Positions 13,310 to 27,645 of a stretch of DNA of 64,000 nt are shown here, piece after piece. Source of the DNA: Octopus vulgaris (lineage: Eukaryota). The stretch is from assembly GCA_951406725.2 (NCBI GenBank), contig OX597816.1:120094001-120158000 (forward strand). Direction: 5' to 3'. Position 1 is the first letter of the stretch; each line of letters starts with the position of its first letter. The notes beneath the pieces are model-generated. The model saw nothing but the letters and a program-made list of their open reading frames with translations. It was not told where the DNA came from and made no database searches. Both the position numbers and the translations under genes were made by a program.

Positions 13310-15079
13310 TCTTTCCCATGGATATTAGTGATGTAGGTGAAACCAAATGCTCTCAACTAGAAGATGAAATTGAGTCACAAATCTCACTAATATGGGCAAT
13401 GACAGCAGCAATAATGTTTTTCGTTTTTTTCATAGGTACACTGTTTTGTATGGAAGAAGGAAATAAGATTGTTTGGCAGTCGTGATTTTCTCAAGGATAT
13501 TAGCCACATGAAGTTAAATCACAGCTGGGGATCAAAACTCAAGCACTAGTTGTGAACGTTCAACATACATTAGCTTCATTGTAGTAAAATAATAATTTTT
13601 ACTTGGTAAATATGAATTAATGATTTGGAATTCACTGTGAGGAAAGAATATCAATCTTTACGTGTAATTGTATCATCTTTAATTTCCAATTAGTAGTTTT
13701 GCGGACTAGACACATCCAAATTTTTAAATTGCTTTATTTTCCTTTCATTACTGTACATTGTTTTTGCTAGTACACTGTATCACTTATTTTTAGTCCTATT
13801 TAAAAAAAAAAATGAATTGCTGTTTTCATATTTTCTTTACTTAAATTATTTTGGTTAATTTGAGAAGGGAAAGCAGATTCTATGGGTTTTATATTCTTTA
13901 AAGTGTGTAGACAACCTTATTTGAATCCAGTGTCATCATGTTTTAATGAGAGTCATCTAGAGTTATCTTCCCTGTCACATTGTTAACAACTAGGTGGCGC
14001 TCGTTAGATAGATATAAAAAGATGCACACAGCCAAGTAACATCCTCTTCTCCTCTCCCACATAGCCTGCAGCTAACTATGTCTTCTACATCTGTTCCTGC
14101 TACAGGATATCCCCACGTTGATTTGAATTGTGTTAAATCCTCTATACCATTCATGGAAGGCAGCAAGACAAAAACTTTTCCTTATTCAACTTCCATTCTG
14201 CTCTATTGAATGTTAATATACAAGCTGTGTATATTAGAATAAATAAATGTGGATTGGAATAAATACTCCATGTACATGAAGTCTTCGATAACTCATACAA
14301 GTTGTTGTTCCTCACTGGATTAATTCCAACAGCTATCGAAGGATGACCGAACATTATATTAAATTAGTGGGCTAAAAGCTCGCTATAAGTGTTTCAGCTT
14401 TAAAGCTGCAGTCATGCTGGGGCATCACTGTTGTAGGATTAGCTATAATATGAACATTTCAAAAGGTTTTGCTTAATGTCTCCATCTCAACAATAGTAAG
14501 GCCCTGTTTCTCAGATTCCAGAACTGTAGTAGTCTGAAATTCTCTCCTAACTCCTCCTTTGCCTTGTATTGTTAACAGGGAAGATCTCAAACTAAACATT
14601 AACTCATACATTTATCATTATTCCTCAGTCAACAAGATGTTTACATTGTTAAGGCACCCCAGATTAACTAATACAAATAAAAGGTTTTGATGTAGTGAAA
14701 TTTCTAATATTTAATGAAACCATTTTTATTATCAATTCTGTTTAACATGAGACAATGTTACATTGTTCTTTATTAGAATAAGTTGGCATGTCCATCTGAA
14801 TGCCATGTAAATGTAAACTGAGTATTAATTAGCGAATTGTTTCATTAGATACTAAAAACTGCAAGTATACCCCATAACAAGAATCATATTGTCTTTAAAG
14901 TGAATTTCATAAAAGAAAAAGAAAACCAAATGAAATACTTTACAAAGAAATACTTTTCTTTTCCTTTCAAGTTTTGTTCAATTTATGATTAGGCTGAGTT
15001 GTTTTCCTTTAAAGAAAATCATCTTTTAGTTTGTATAATTATAATTATATGAAATTTTGATTAAATAGAGAAACCTTAC

Positions 15080-15131
15080 CTTAAAAATAACATTTCCTCT
15101 CCAGCACATCTCCAAGAAATAATTGTAGCTC
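15080..15131 (-). CDS. Putative glucose-6-phosphate 1-epimerase, coding exon 2
   Basis: atgttacag acceptor, gtaagg donor; in phase with exon 1 gives GATIISWRCAGEEMLFL(S), the conserved GATxxSW...ExLFxS segment. The expected next exon (AIRGGIP) was not seen in the window. Confidence 0.85.
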
Positions 15132-16286
15132 CTGTAACATGAAGAATGGAATAATAAATAATACATTGTTAATTTCTTTGCCTTTTCTTCAAAACAGCAA
15201 ATTATTTTAATGTTTATTGTTCTGTGTTGGTACAGATTACATGAATTTGATAAGGAACATAAGGCTTCAATTCAGAGACTTAATACTAGTGGAAATTAAA
15301 TTCAGCTTGATTACATAGAAATGCAGAGATATATTAAGTACAAAAACATGTGCATTAGGAACAGAGGCCTTATAGCTAAATTCCCTTTTATAATAATTAA
15401 CACTGTTATACTTTAGAGAACTGGTGATATTTGTGCACAGTCATAGAAATAAAGACTTTCAAAAATTTCAATATAAAGTATTATTTAATTCAACTGAGTA
15501 ATCACAACTGAAAACTGGAAACTGTTACTGTGCATAAAGGCTTGATGGTTTGTCATTTTTGTTTTAAGGGTGATGGAGTCAGTAGGAAAGGTAAAAAATT
15601 AACCTTGCTTTAGTTTTGTCTCTAAAATGTTTTATTGATTTTATTTTCCTAGGATTCACAAAATAGCTACAAGTAGATTCAACTAGTTATAATAACCTCT
15701 ACAAAAATTGGCTTTTAGCCTAACCAAATTAATAATTAAAGACTAATTTCTAACTCTTTCATAAAATTACTATTATCAAAATAAAGGCCCTGAAATTACT
15801 AGCATCAATATAATTTTAGCTTTCTTTTCTACTTATATTATTTTAATATTTATCAACCCTTAGAGAACAAAAGGCAAAGTTGATGTCTGAAGGATTTGAA
15901 CAAATCTTGCTGAGGTTATTATGCCTTTCATTCCCTCAGGGTCAATAAATGAAGTACAGTCTAGTATTGAGTTAATTTTTCATCTCTCTTGTTCTCTTTA
16001 AGCCCCGGAAAGAAATGAGCTGTATAAGCTTTAAACATACTCAAAATATACCATATTCCACAACAGTACTCCTATTAAGAGTAATGCCCTTCCACTGCTA
16101 CTATTGTTGCTGCCACCACTAAAATTCATATTTTATGAATATGTATATCAACTATTATTTCCAGAAAGATCTTGCTGAAAATCTTTAAGATGTAAATGCT
16201 AACATTAAAAGTGATATTTAACGATATTTTAAAGTTCTTGAAAAATTAATCCAATGAGAAATTTTTAATTATCAAGTTTTATAATA

Positions 16287-16416
16287 TAAGGTTGTCCCAA
16301 AAGTTCGTAAACATAAATGTCTTTATTTTAAGGAATAATTTTTGTTGTTTTTGTTAATACTTTGCGAGTAAAAATTCAATTTTCGCAAGTGTTTACGAAC
16401 TTTTGGGACAACCTAA
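16287..16416. mobile_element. Tc1/mariner-derived MITE (~130 bp)
   Basis: Perfect 25-bp inverted repeat AGGTTGTCCCAAAAGTTCGTAAACA (16289-16313 / 16390-16414) with TA on both flanks. Confidence 0.9.
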
Positions 16417-19224
16417 TATATGAATATAAAAACAATCACTTACAAGAAAAGATCATTGATTTCAAGTCAACAACCTCCAAAACCAAATAGCAACAATGTG
16501 GATCTATTTAGATCTTTTATTTATAATTTCTATGAATGGCTCTGATTTCAGGTGAAGAGCTAATTTTTGTAATGCCATCAGCTTTTATATGATAAATCAA
16601 AAAGGACTTGTTATTGAAGATGAATAGTTTCAGTGAGCAAATAATGTAATAATTACATTCCATTAAAGTGATCCTATTATTCTTGATTAAAGACTGAATG
16701 TCAACAACAAAGATTTCATTATGAGTGTATATGAATAATGAGTCATGGGATAAATAAAACTAAGCAAATAAAATATCTCTGAAAGTATAAACTGCACAGA
16801 AGCAGTATAATGATTTGATTTTAAACCTTGTTAATTAGCAGAAATGAAAAAGTAGTTATATACTAATTCTTCAGCATTTAAAAGTCCTACATCAACAAGA
16901 ATGGCTATGTGCTTGTGAGGATCTCAATAGAAGGAAAAAAACACAGTAGAAAAAGTCAAACACTACTTACATTTGGAAAGCATTGTCACACCTCACCCCA
17001 TCATATATATGAACAGCATGAAGTTACAGCAAAATACTAGGCCCTACTATTACCAAGGATTTCTGTAGGCAAAAGCACATTCTTTACTTAGTTACGACAA
17101 CTCCTCAGAGATCGGTTCTCTTTGGGATCAGAAAATACTTCATTCTCCAACAATTATTGACACTCTGCAAAACTCAGGTGAGGTTGCAATGGAGTATTAC
17201 TCCTATATCTAAGACAGTGTAGTTACTGCACATAAAGACATCTTAGACCATATCCAGAATAAGGTCACTTGATTGATTGGCATAAACCTACTCATAGACA
17301 CACTTTAGTTTCTGATCCACAGACATGCTGTTTCCTCTCTGCCTTTTCTATTGATACTTCTTGTGTACATTCATATATATGAAAGATCAAACAAAGAGTA
17401 ATGCTCAATAAACTCAAGTATACTGTTTCATTAGAGTTCCTGTTTTTTGAATACTCAGAAAGAGTACTATTTCTGAAAATTGAAAATAAAATAAAAGACT
17501 ATTTTATTTCTGAATTTGTTCAGCTTTGTTCTTTATTTGCTTCACTGTTACTACTCTTAAAGTATTGAGTACTTCATAACCATTGCTGTCTGCTTGCACA
17601 TTGAACAAGTGTGTTTGTGTGTCTTCAATGTATATTCACAAAAGTTGTGAATATTAGCCAGAAAACCAATAAACCAATACTTTTCAATGAAAATACGGAG
17701 TGGTATCTGTTCTGCCCATGTTGCACCAAAGTTCTTTTGTCAATCCTGTTATCATAAACACATTGAACAAGTGACTAGTCTATTGGAAACCAGCAGCTAG
17801 TGATGGAAATAAAATAACAGTTTCGAATTTGTTAAGTGAGAAATAACATGTAAGTTATTTAAATAGTTACTTTGAATATACATGCACATGATGCAGAATC
17901 AGTATAGCTTAGTAATACAAGAGTTACAAACTGAGGTTCAGTAAGCCAACAAGAAACCTCTATGTTGCTGCTTAACCTATGAGAAACAGCAGCAAAAACT
18001 ACCTCAACTTATAGTCTATCATCTTAAAAAAGGAAGGACACATTCAACATATAATGTAGTTGATATAAAAAAAAAAATGGGAATGATCAATGCTATATTT
18101 GAGCTGACCTGGTGCTAAAATCACTCAAGTTCATTCCTACAACTGTAATTATTTTGTGTCCTTTTGAAAGCTACTTGATTTTATTTGGTACAGTAATGAA
18201 GTGAAAATAAGTATAATGTCTATAAAGAATAAATCTATACTAGATTAACACCTCAAGAAAAAGAAGCATTGTTTCCTCATATATTACCTATATGGTTAAT
18301 TTTTCTAAAAAAACAAGATAATGAGTTAAGAACTTTAGAGTGTTCAGAACAACTTATCAAGGGGAGAGAATGTTATTATTGTACTCCTCATCCCCTCATC
18401 TGATGCAGAGGGGAGGTTAGACAAACATGCCTGCCTCTCCTTGAGATCATTCATAATGAGAATTTAGAGTTATTTTTCTTCCCAAGGGCAATATCCAGTG
18501 TTTAGGAACAGAAGGAGAAGAAGGAAGAATAAAATGATGAAGAAAGATTAGATGAAGGAGAACAAAAAGGAGGAGAAGGAAGGAGAAGAAAAAGATAATT
18601 ACTGGTCATTAATTATCATATGACACTTATATATTAAAACTTATTCCAAGCTTCTTGCTAAACTTAATTAATACATTCAACAAATGTTGTTTCTACACCT
18701 TTTAAGAGGAAGAAACTCAAAAAAGTAAAATAGATGGACAAATAAAAATAATTGTTTGTAGAAAGGTAGAATATCAACATCATTAGTACTGAGTTCGACA
18801 TTATTAGCAGTGACTACATATTCTGCCTTAATAGTGATAACCAGAAGAATACAAAGAGCCAAGTGTCTATTGCACTTGCTAGTATACAGACACACACACA
18901 CGTATAGAATCATAGCTGCAACTTGAATGCAAGAGAAAAAGGGTTGACTAGATAATTGTACTGATCAATTATTTCATGCTACTATCTTTATAAATGTATG
19001 TATATATATATATATATATATATGCATTATCAAACAAGGATGATTTCTACAGAGCCAAATCTGCCTCAAGTCCCGCTCTACTGTCTAATGTATATACATA
19101 TGATATGAGTCAATGAGGGAGAGTTCTACAAATTAGCTAAACACTATAGAGCAGGCATACTACTCTCAAGCTATACCCATTGTCTGCTTTGATATTTCTA
19201 AATAATAATAATAATAATAATGAT

Positions 19225-19720
19225 ATGAAGTCACAGAGAACTGGTTTGAGCATGTACCAAGTAAAGTTATGCAAGAGGATGGAAAAGTAACGATACTCTG
19301 GGACTATTAAACAAGGGTGCATTAGGCACATCAAGTGCAATGTTGAACTTTGGGAAGCATGAAAAAATGCTTCTGGAAGTTATGGGCATTATGCTGTCTT
19401 TTGATTTCATATGCATGTCCACCAGTGATAGAGATATTGAATTCAAAAAGATAGCCAAAGTTGTTGGAAAGATAGTGGTTAATCTTATAGGCTTCTACAA
19501 AGTCAGCTACTAGATGTTGAAATGTTAGTGTGTCAGCGTCCAGAGAGGCAATATGTCTGGTTGCACACCTCTGGACAGCTTCCAATAGATCAATATTCTG
19601 GACAAGATGGGAGTTACAGACTGGAGATTCAAAAAAGTGTGGATGAACCTAGCCACATATAACCTTAACTAGATAACTAGCGAGTGACTGACAAAGGTCT
19701 TATTAAGACTTCAGTAGTAG
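19225..19720 (-). mobile_element. CR1-like LINE 3' remnant
   Basis: VHPHFFESPVCNSHLVQNIDLLEAVQRCATR...VEAYKI...TGGHAY...HFF matches the CR1 ORF2 C-terminus (LExVQRRAT, TRGH). Confidence 0.75.
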
Positions 19721-19724
19721 CCAG

Positions 19725-20350
19725 ATCTGATAGAAAAGCAACCAAATCTCCATTAAATCATGTCTATTGACTTATATATAAGCAAACATGGATGACTTCT
19801 ATGTGTATAGAGCTCAGGTGCACTATAATTCATCTGAAAAAGTTACAAGAGTAGACAAAGAACTGACATATAAATTATGTAAAGAAAGACAACAATGAAA
19901 GCTAGAAGGACAAGCACAATTCACAGAATAAAACACAAAGATAGAGGAAAGTGAACATTAAAAGCGCCATGAAAATCAAGGGTACATTAGGTACAACAGG
20001 TGCATGATCAGCAAGAAATAGCAGCCGAATCATCTTCAAACCACCTTCAAGTCGCACCCTATTGTCATATGTATATGTATGAATTAATGAGGGTGCCTCT
20101 CTATGATACCTCAACCTACTAGAAATAGTTGTCAAATATCCTTAAAGTCACACCCTATTGGCTTACAATATATGAATCAAAAAGAGAGACCTCTAACTGA
20201 AGATGTAACTGATAGAATAGCATTTTCTATCCCTAAAATATACTGTCTTATGTATTTATAAATATGCTCATATGAATCAACATAGAATCCTGAAATGATA
20301 GAAATAGCAAGCAACCAAATCTCCCTCAGATCATGTCCTTCTGTTTTATG
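19725..20350 (+). repeat. Cluster of degenerate copies of a short interspersed repeat
   Basis: Motif TAGAAATAGCAGCCAAATCTCCCTCAAATCACACCCTA recurs about 5 times here, and also near 8710, 10170, 17980, 45540, 49180 and inverted near 40510. Confidence 0.65.
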
Positions 20351-22171
20351 TCACTTTGAGACAATAATCATGCATAACTAGTTACTTCTACAATTTAAAA
20401 AAATATATCTAAGTAAAGGTATAATAAGAAATACTTGAGGATAGCAAGTCTCACATATGAAACCATGGCACTACATGCAGGATGCAGTCTTAATTATACA
20501 CTTGATTTATACATTCATGCTTTTATTACAATATTAATTACAATTATGTTTTTTCCAGTTAAATATAGATTAAACTGGGGTTCATATATTTCATTTGGAT
20601 TTAATGCATCTTAGGTTACATACAATGGTGAGATAATATTATTGAAATATTAAAAGCTATTGTGTTCAGTATTATGAAAATGGATACTGGAGATAACATT
20701 ATATAAGGAGAAAAAAATTTCCGTTATGTGATGTGCTTAGTTTTGAATATTATGTAACTAAACAATCATACAACTATTTTAAAGATAAATCAGGCTACAA
20801 GAAGGTTTAAAAATATTTTTCAAAGTCCTACATAGAATAAAAAAAAATGATAATCACAACTACACCTAATATACACATACTGATTATTGATCACAATATT
20901 ATATAAACTTATATTTACATAATAGGGTTGGAACTTGGAAACTTTGAATTAGGAATAATATATAAAAGGGAACATTCTACTTTTGAACAAAGGAATATTG
21001 GATGACTCATAAAATGATAGCATGATATGCTAACATCCTGCTGATTCTGGAGTGTAAATGAAAAGAAGTGTATTTTACAATGAATAATTGTAAGAGTAAT
21101 ATTAAGCAGAGTGTTCCATGAATTTCCTGAGTTAAGACTGGAGAAGAAATTCTTGAATGTAGTGAACTAGAATTATAAAAATCACATAAAAAAAGCGCTA
21201 ATATATTTGTTTTGTTTGCATTTAAGAACTATAAGAGAATAAAAACTGCCAATGTGTTGGGTCATACCTGAAGCTATCAATTGTCTTTCGAAGGAATTAA
21301 TGCTCAATAAACACTTACTATCCAGATTAATTTACCTCCATTGTTGGCCTTACCAAATAATTTTAGAAAATTTTTACTGTCTCATAGTTCACTGTGCAGA
21401 TAATTATAGGCAATGTAAGAATAATAAGAATGGCTTATTGGGCAGAAGAGAATGGAACAGTATACTTGAGTAAGTACTGAAATCTGTCTTCACATCCATT
21501 CTCTTAATTTTTCCTTTCTAGCTTGATTTCAAACCAAGAGACTACTTCAGCTTTCAAGTTTTTAATTTCATATAATTTAATGATCTTTGCAATGTGTTTC
21601 ATGAAATCTTCCTTTGTAAATTATAACATTTCTACTGGATGAAGTGAATAAGTAAATTCATTTTCAGCAGTAAATTAACTTTTCAGTGATAATATGATAA
21701 AATGTAAATATAGTACATAGACTGATCAATGAAAATATTCTTCTATAGCTGAGTAACCAAACTTGGAAAAGAATTCTATGAGCAACACTCTCTGACAAGG
21801 TTTAGCTCAATGTCCAGTTTAAGTTGATTTACTTTTGATATAGTTACTTGAATTGTTATACTTTTTTCTGTGTGGCTGTAAAATGCATTTAAGAGCTGTT
21901 GTAAATGATTGCACACTTCAAGTTGTATAGCTAAAGAACTGGTGTTGCAGATTCCAGTCATGCTGAATAGATTGAAAATATCAAAAAACAAACAAGCTGC
22001 TCTACTTAAAGAAGGCTCCAACAGATGAGCTACTTGATACATCTTATCTGAAGCTGAAGTGGCCAATATATGTGAAATTAAAATTTTTTTAAAGTTAATG
22101 AAAAAACGTTTATACTTTTATATCTTTCAATTCAAGTGAATCATTTGTAATTAGTTAATTGGTTGGCTGTA

Positions 22172-23409
22172 CAGGGTGCATAAAGAATTTGAGGACATAC
22201 CTTTTTTGTGTCATTGCTGCATTTTTTGTTAACTCTATATAATCCTTGTTTCAGAAAATAATAATGGTAGACGCTCAGCTTACTCAAGAAATGAAGAGGC
22301 ATGCTGTTATCATGGCTATAAAGGCTGAACATAATGATTTTTAAAAGTCACCGGACCTTTTGTCTAGAATGTTTGTAAGGAATAAGAGACCGAAGATGGA
22401 AATGTATCACCAATATCAAAGTGTAAAAAGCATTCTAAATTCTCTGAAATCATCAGAACACCTGAATTTATCCAGCAAGTTCTACAGACCATTGGTTACA
22501 ATCCCAGAAAATCCATGAGATTAATTACAAAAGATCTCCATATGTCAGAAGGAATAACCAGAAATGTTGTCCATGAAGACATCAGATACGTCTTATATGA
22601 TGAGGAAAGGTCAATTTATGTTAGAAAAGCAAAAGAAAATTGATGCATCAGATCTAAAATACTCTTAAACAAACTGAAAATTTCAGCAGAAGAAAATTTG
22701 ATTTGTTTTTTTTCAGGCAAGAAATATTTCGACCAAGAGCAAAAAGTTAACAGAAGAAATGACAGATGGTTATGTGTAGACCTTTCTGAAGTTCCAAGAG
22801 TTATGCATACAAAATTTCCTTCAACTGTCATGATGTTAAGAGTTGTCAGCAATGAAGGACATGTGATGCCTCCTTACTCCTTTCCCCAAGGCCTTAGAGT
22901 TAACTCTGCTGTCTACATTGAGGTCCCGGAAACAGTTGTTAAGCCCTGGATAGACAGTGTATGCAATGGAAGGCCATATGTATTTCAGCAAGACTCTGCA
23001 CTATCACACAAGGCTCAAGTAATGCAGGAATGGATGGCTGAAAATTCTAATGATCATATAACTCCTAACATTTGACCTCCTAATTCCTCAGATCTCAATC
23101 CATTGGACTATTATGTGTGGAGTATTGTTGAGAGAGAGGTCAGTGAACACACCCACAGCACCAAAGATTCTTTGAAAGTCGCCATAGTCAGAGTAATGTC
23201 CAGAATGAACCAGGACCACTTGATTTGAGCATGTAGATGGTTTAGAACTCATATAGAAGCAGCTGTTGAAGCTGAAGGTGGCTTTATTGAATAACTTTAT
23301 GGAAAAGGTTTATTTTTACTTTCATAGCATTTTTTATAATAAGGTTGTCTTTTATTATATATGTTTTTTTATAAACATAAATCTGTCCTCAAATATCTTA
23401 TGCACTCTG
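22172..23409 (+). mobile_element. Full-length decayed Tc1/mariner element of the DD37D (maT) family
   Basis: TIRs CAGGGTGCATAAAGAATTTGAGGACA / TGTCCTCAAATATCTTATGCACTCTG with TA target duplication; transposase pseudogene ~22264-23294 with VFQQD and (W)PPNSSDLNPLDYYVW, 37 residues between the 2nd and 3rd Asp; stops and frameshifts. Confidence 0.93.
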
Positions 23410-25879
23410 TACATAAATTGATCTGACTTGGGAAGGTCAGGTCACATCAGTTCATGTACTGTAACTCAGCCTAAACTGTCACTAGTCTTAGCAGTTGCAT
23501 AGCTGGCTACTGTTCAGAAAGGTTTGATGGGCCAAGCTTTTGCAGTCTGTATTCTTTGGCTCTTAAACCAATGTGATATTAGCTTATGCTAAGTAATTCC
23601 AGCAGAAGATTTGAATGAGGTAGAGAACTAAAATTCCTGATACTCCTTAGGATCTTAATTGTAAAGTTCCAACTTCCAAAGTTTGATCCACTGGGACTGA
23701 CCTATTTGTCTCCTCCCCACTGCAGCAGATGCCATGAATGCACCTTACACATTACTGGATATTTCCATGAATCAAGGAGCAACTGGATGCTATATCTAAT
23801 ATTAGACAGCAAAAAGATAATAGTGTTATAAATTTTCTCTGAAGATAGAATTTTCATATAGCAATAAGGGTAAAAATATATCAGGGGAATTTGAAGTTAC
23901 TCAATGTGCACAGGCATTCACACATTCACACACGCACACACGCACACACACACACACACATCAAACTTTCTGCTGATTTCCATATTATAATCCTGGATAT
24001 AATACAGAAATCCTTGGTTGCATAGGCACTTAAAATCATTTCCCTTCCAGGTTAAAGAATTTGAAGTAGAGTCCTTAGATTTATAGCAAAACATGTTGAA
24101 GCAATTTTCATTCCTCAAGAACATAACACAGTATCTGAAGAATATAAAACAATGATTTATGAGTCTAGTCATTGCATACACATATACATCTATGTTCACA
24201 CATTCACAAATGCATATGAGAGAGAGAGAGAGAGAGAGAAGGGGGGGAGAGTGAGAGAGAGAGTTTGTGTGCACATGTATATAAATTACTCTATCCTTTG
24301 ATTGCACTGATGCAAGTTTAAATAGTAGGTAAAGTATATGGTTGCTATTATGATCAATAATGGCAGTGAAAGTGTAAATGAAATATACATTATGAAACCA
24401 GCCAAATACAGTCATGATCTAGGCATGAAATGATATGTGATGAAGCTCTGTCTATTTATAAATAAACTAGTCTACCATGAGATAATATTGTTCTGCTGGT
24501 TGAAAATAGTCAGTACTGTGGTGGTTTGATAGGTGACTATTAACAACAACTATAAAATAAATATATAATGAAGTGTTGAAATATTGAATATATTGAAACA
24601 CTGTTCCTAATCTTGTATTTTTACCAACCTTTAAAACCTATTTATTCCACTACAAGGGATCTATCAAGAACCTTGAACAGTCTTACTACAATAGAATGGT
24701 GCTGACTACAGACACACACTGTTTGTCAAAACTTAAACATGATTTTTTAAAGGCAATTTATTATAAACAGAACCAGAGACACAGACTTACAATCTGCAAA
24801 ATCATAAACAAATGTTAGATTGATGAACAAGTAACAAATGTCTGAATATATCATGGCAATCTCTACATTGTCAATGATTAAGTAGAAAATGTTTTTCCAT
24901 TTCACCCCACTGCCACACACACGTATCCAAACAAACAGTCAGCCATCTATCATTCATATGAATGTACACTGTTACAAATATGCTTTAAATTTGTCCTCAT
25001 CTTCCGATGGTTTTCATGAATTCCACTTTCTAATATGGACAGTATGCATGCATGTATGTGTGTGTGTGTATGAGTGTGTGTATCAATGTCAACTACTTTG
25101 TTACTAAAGTGTCAAAACGACCTCCAAAATATAATGTATGTGTTACAAAATGATTTCATCAGCACAAGTTACAATTTGATTCTGTTTATTCCCAATATGT
25201 CAGAGTGACTCTGTAACATAGGTGAATACATTAACCACTCTTGGCCATAGCATTTGGCAAGATGGCAAGATACATTAAATTTGTTCCTAGCAACATAAAT
25301 TTATGATAGAAAAAATAACTGAAAAGTCTAGCTGATTCTAACCCAAGCATTTGTTTGTGATTTTAATATGGTCTAGACTACATTTGTTAATGAGAAAAGT
25401 CAGTTTGTATTTTGAAGATATGATCTGTGTGTGTGTGTGTTAATCTTTTCATCTTTATATGCAGTAATAACTTGGTTACCATTCTTGATATTGTTTCTAA
25501 AAATGCAGTGTTAAGCAGGGTCATTTTAACACAGTATAAAGAGATAAGAGCTTCATAGACTATTTTTAACAGTGATATGAATGCAAATGAATGTAATTAA
25601 TATCAGCAAACAACTTGAATCCAGAGATTTGTTGTACCTTCCAAACATTTAACAACTTTAGATAAGGTCTCACAATGTGATGTAAAGTTAAGATGAAATT
25701 AGAAAACAATTTTAATTGTGATCTAATGTAAAATTATTAAGCAATTTAAATTAATGAACTTCAATGAATATACAGACTTACTCACCATTAATTCAGCTGG
25801 AAAGAAATAGTGTGAAGCAGGACACAAGATGCTATATCTGGGATGATGCTCTATGCTATAGTTCTTCCTCAGACATTTG

Positions 25880-26540
25880 CTTCAGTATGAAGTCTGCCTT
25901 ACTACTAAATAGTAAGGTTAAGAGATTATTTCCAACCATGAACCTATTATTGTTTTTTCTTTTCAGAAGACGAAAGTGTAAGATGGTATTATCCCTCCCA
26001 TCTCACATTTAATATAAGTTGAGGTGGGAGTAGTTGCTACACTTGATGATACTCTTAAGAACCCAGGAAAATTCCTTGACTGTTTGGGTGTCTGCATTTG
26101 CAAACGTCACTATTTACAACTTCACCATATGGATGTGGTGAAAGTTATATCATTTGATTTCTCAAACCAGCCTCTGTTAGCTATGAATATTTCTGAACTA
26201 TCTTTTTCTTCTTGTAAGCATTTGAAATGCTTCATGCTTTTTCCATTCTGATAAGTCGGCTTAACAATATGTTGTATTGCATCTAATCATCCATCCATGA
26301 AACAAGCATATTTTCCATTTTCCCCCAAATTTACTCTTTGAATGAACCATCTTCTCTGTTAATAACAATGAGATTGCCATGGTAGAAAACTTTTTCACAT
26401 TCACATTTTTCGTGATGGTTCTAATTGTTGATGTGGTACATTTAAAGGCTTATGCATATTTACCTGCCATTCACCAGCTTTCAATCACTGCAACACTTGC
26501 AATTTTACATTCAATATAATACACTTTCTCAACATCATAG
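25880..26540 (-). mobile_element. Tigger/pogo transposase remnant
   Basis: Reverse strand RKCIILNVKLQVLQ*LKAGE...STIRTI (HTH_psq-like) and FIANRGWFE (CENP-B-type FxASxGWF). Confidence 0.72.
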
Positions 26541-27645
26541 CTGAAATATATTTAATCTTTGCTCATTCAGCTTTACATCCATTTTTCCATGCTGGCATAA
26601 GTTAAATAAAACTGTTGATAAACATTTTCTGTGGCTTAATGGTCTTTGTGTTGCTAGCTTTATCTGTTTTCTATGTATAGCATTTCTTTTCAATACACAG
26701 GTCATCACATAAAAGCTGAAACTATGGGACTTTGTTTACAGGAGAATGTAAATAAAGTCGTCGTTTTTCACTCAGAATGTGTTAATAAGGACACATGAAA
26801 TGATATTCTTCACAACTTATTTGGTTTGGTGTTTGGTTCTATTGCACAGTACCTTGGGCAAGTGTTGTCTACAATAACCCTGGGTAGACACCAATGTTTT
26901 GAGAGGGACTTGGGTGACAGAAACTACAGGAAGCCAGTTGTATGTGTCTGTGAATGTGCATGAATGCTTATATTCCCTGCTTGTCACTGCTAGAGTGAAG
27001 TAGTGCTTATGCTGACATCCTTTGTTGATATTATGGCCTGTCAATCTATGCTTTCAAATACCAGTAGTATAAAGAATTCGCTTACTTGAAAAACAGGTAA
27101 AAGTTGGTAACAAAGAGAGCATTTGGTTGTAAAATCTTATCTCAGATAACTCTATTTTTTCATGCTGGTACGAAAAAATAGATGTTAAGCAAACAAATGA
27201 ATAAACAAAATATGATAGCCTTCTTCTTAGTTTCCTCTCACAAGGTACTGGTTGTCCAAAGGCTAAAGTGGAAGACACTAAGGCACCAAGAAAGAGGGCT
27301 GAACTCAGAACCATGCACAGAGAGAGAAAGAGAATGGGGGGGGAGGGCATAAAATAAAAGTGTTAAATTAAACAGAAAGCTTGTAGACTACAAGAAAATA
27401 TCAATTGTGATGCCAAGGTCTCTAGCAGGTTAAAAGATGAATTTTTAAAGTAAACAATTAGAGCAGAGAGGAGTTTGAGTGGCAGCAGACACAAAAATAT
27501 TTCCAAAGAGATATTAATTAGGGGAAAAAGAGGAAGCCTAGACAAGCAATAAAAAAACAAAGAGAAGAAAGAGGAAGAGAAGAAACAGAGGAGAGAGAGA
27601 GAGAGAAGAAAGAGGAAGGAGGGAGAGAAAAATATATGAGAATGT

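Noticed and set aside
1-15079. Exon 3 of the epimerase gene (expected KAIRGGIP)
   Set aside because: No matching coding segment was found by eye; it probably lies beyond the left edge of the window
23918-24415. Longest ORF in the track (165 aa) and other 60-120 aa ORFs containing CVCV, YIYI or ERER runs
   Set aside because: Chance frames through microsatellites and AT-rich intron sequence with no recognisable domains
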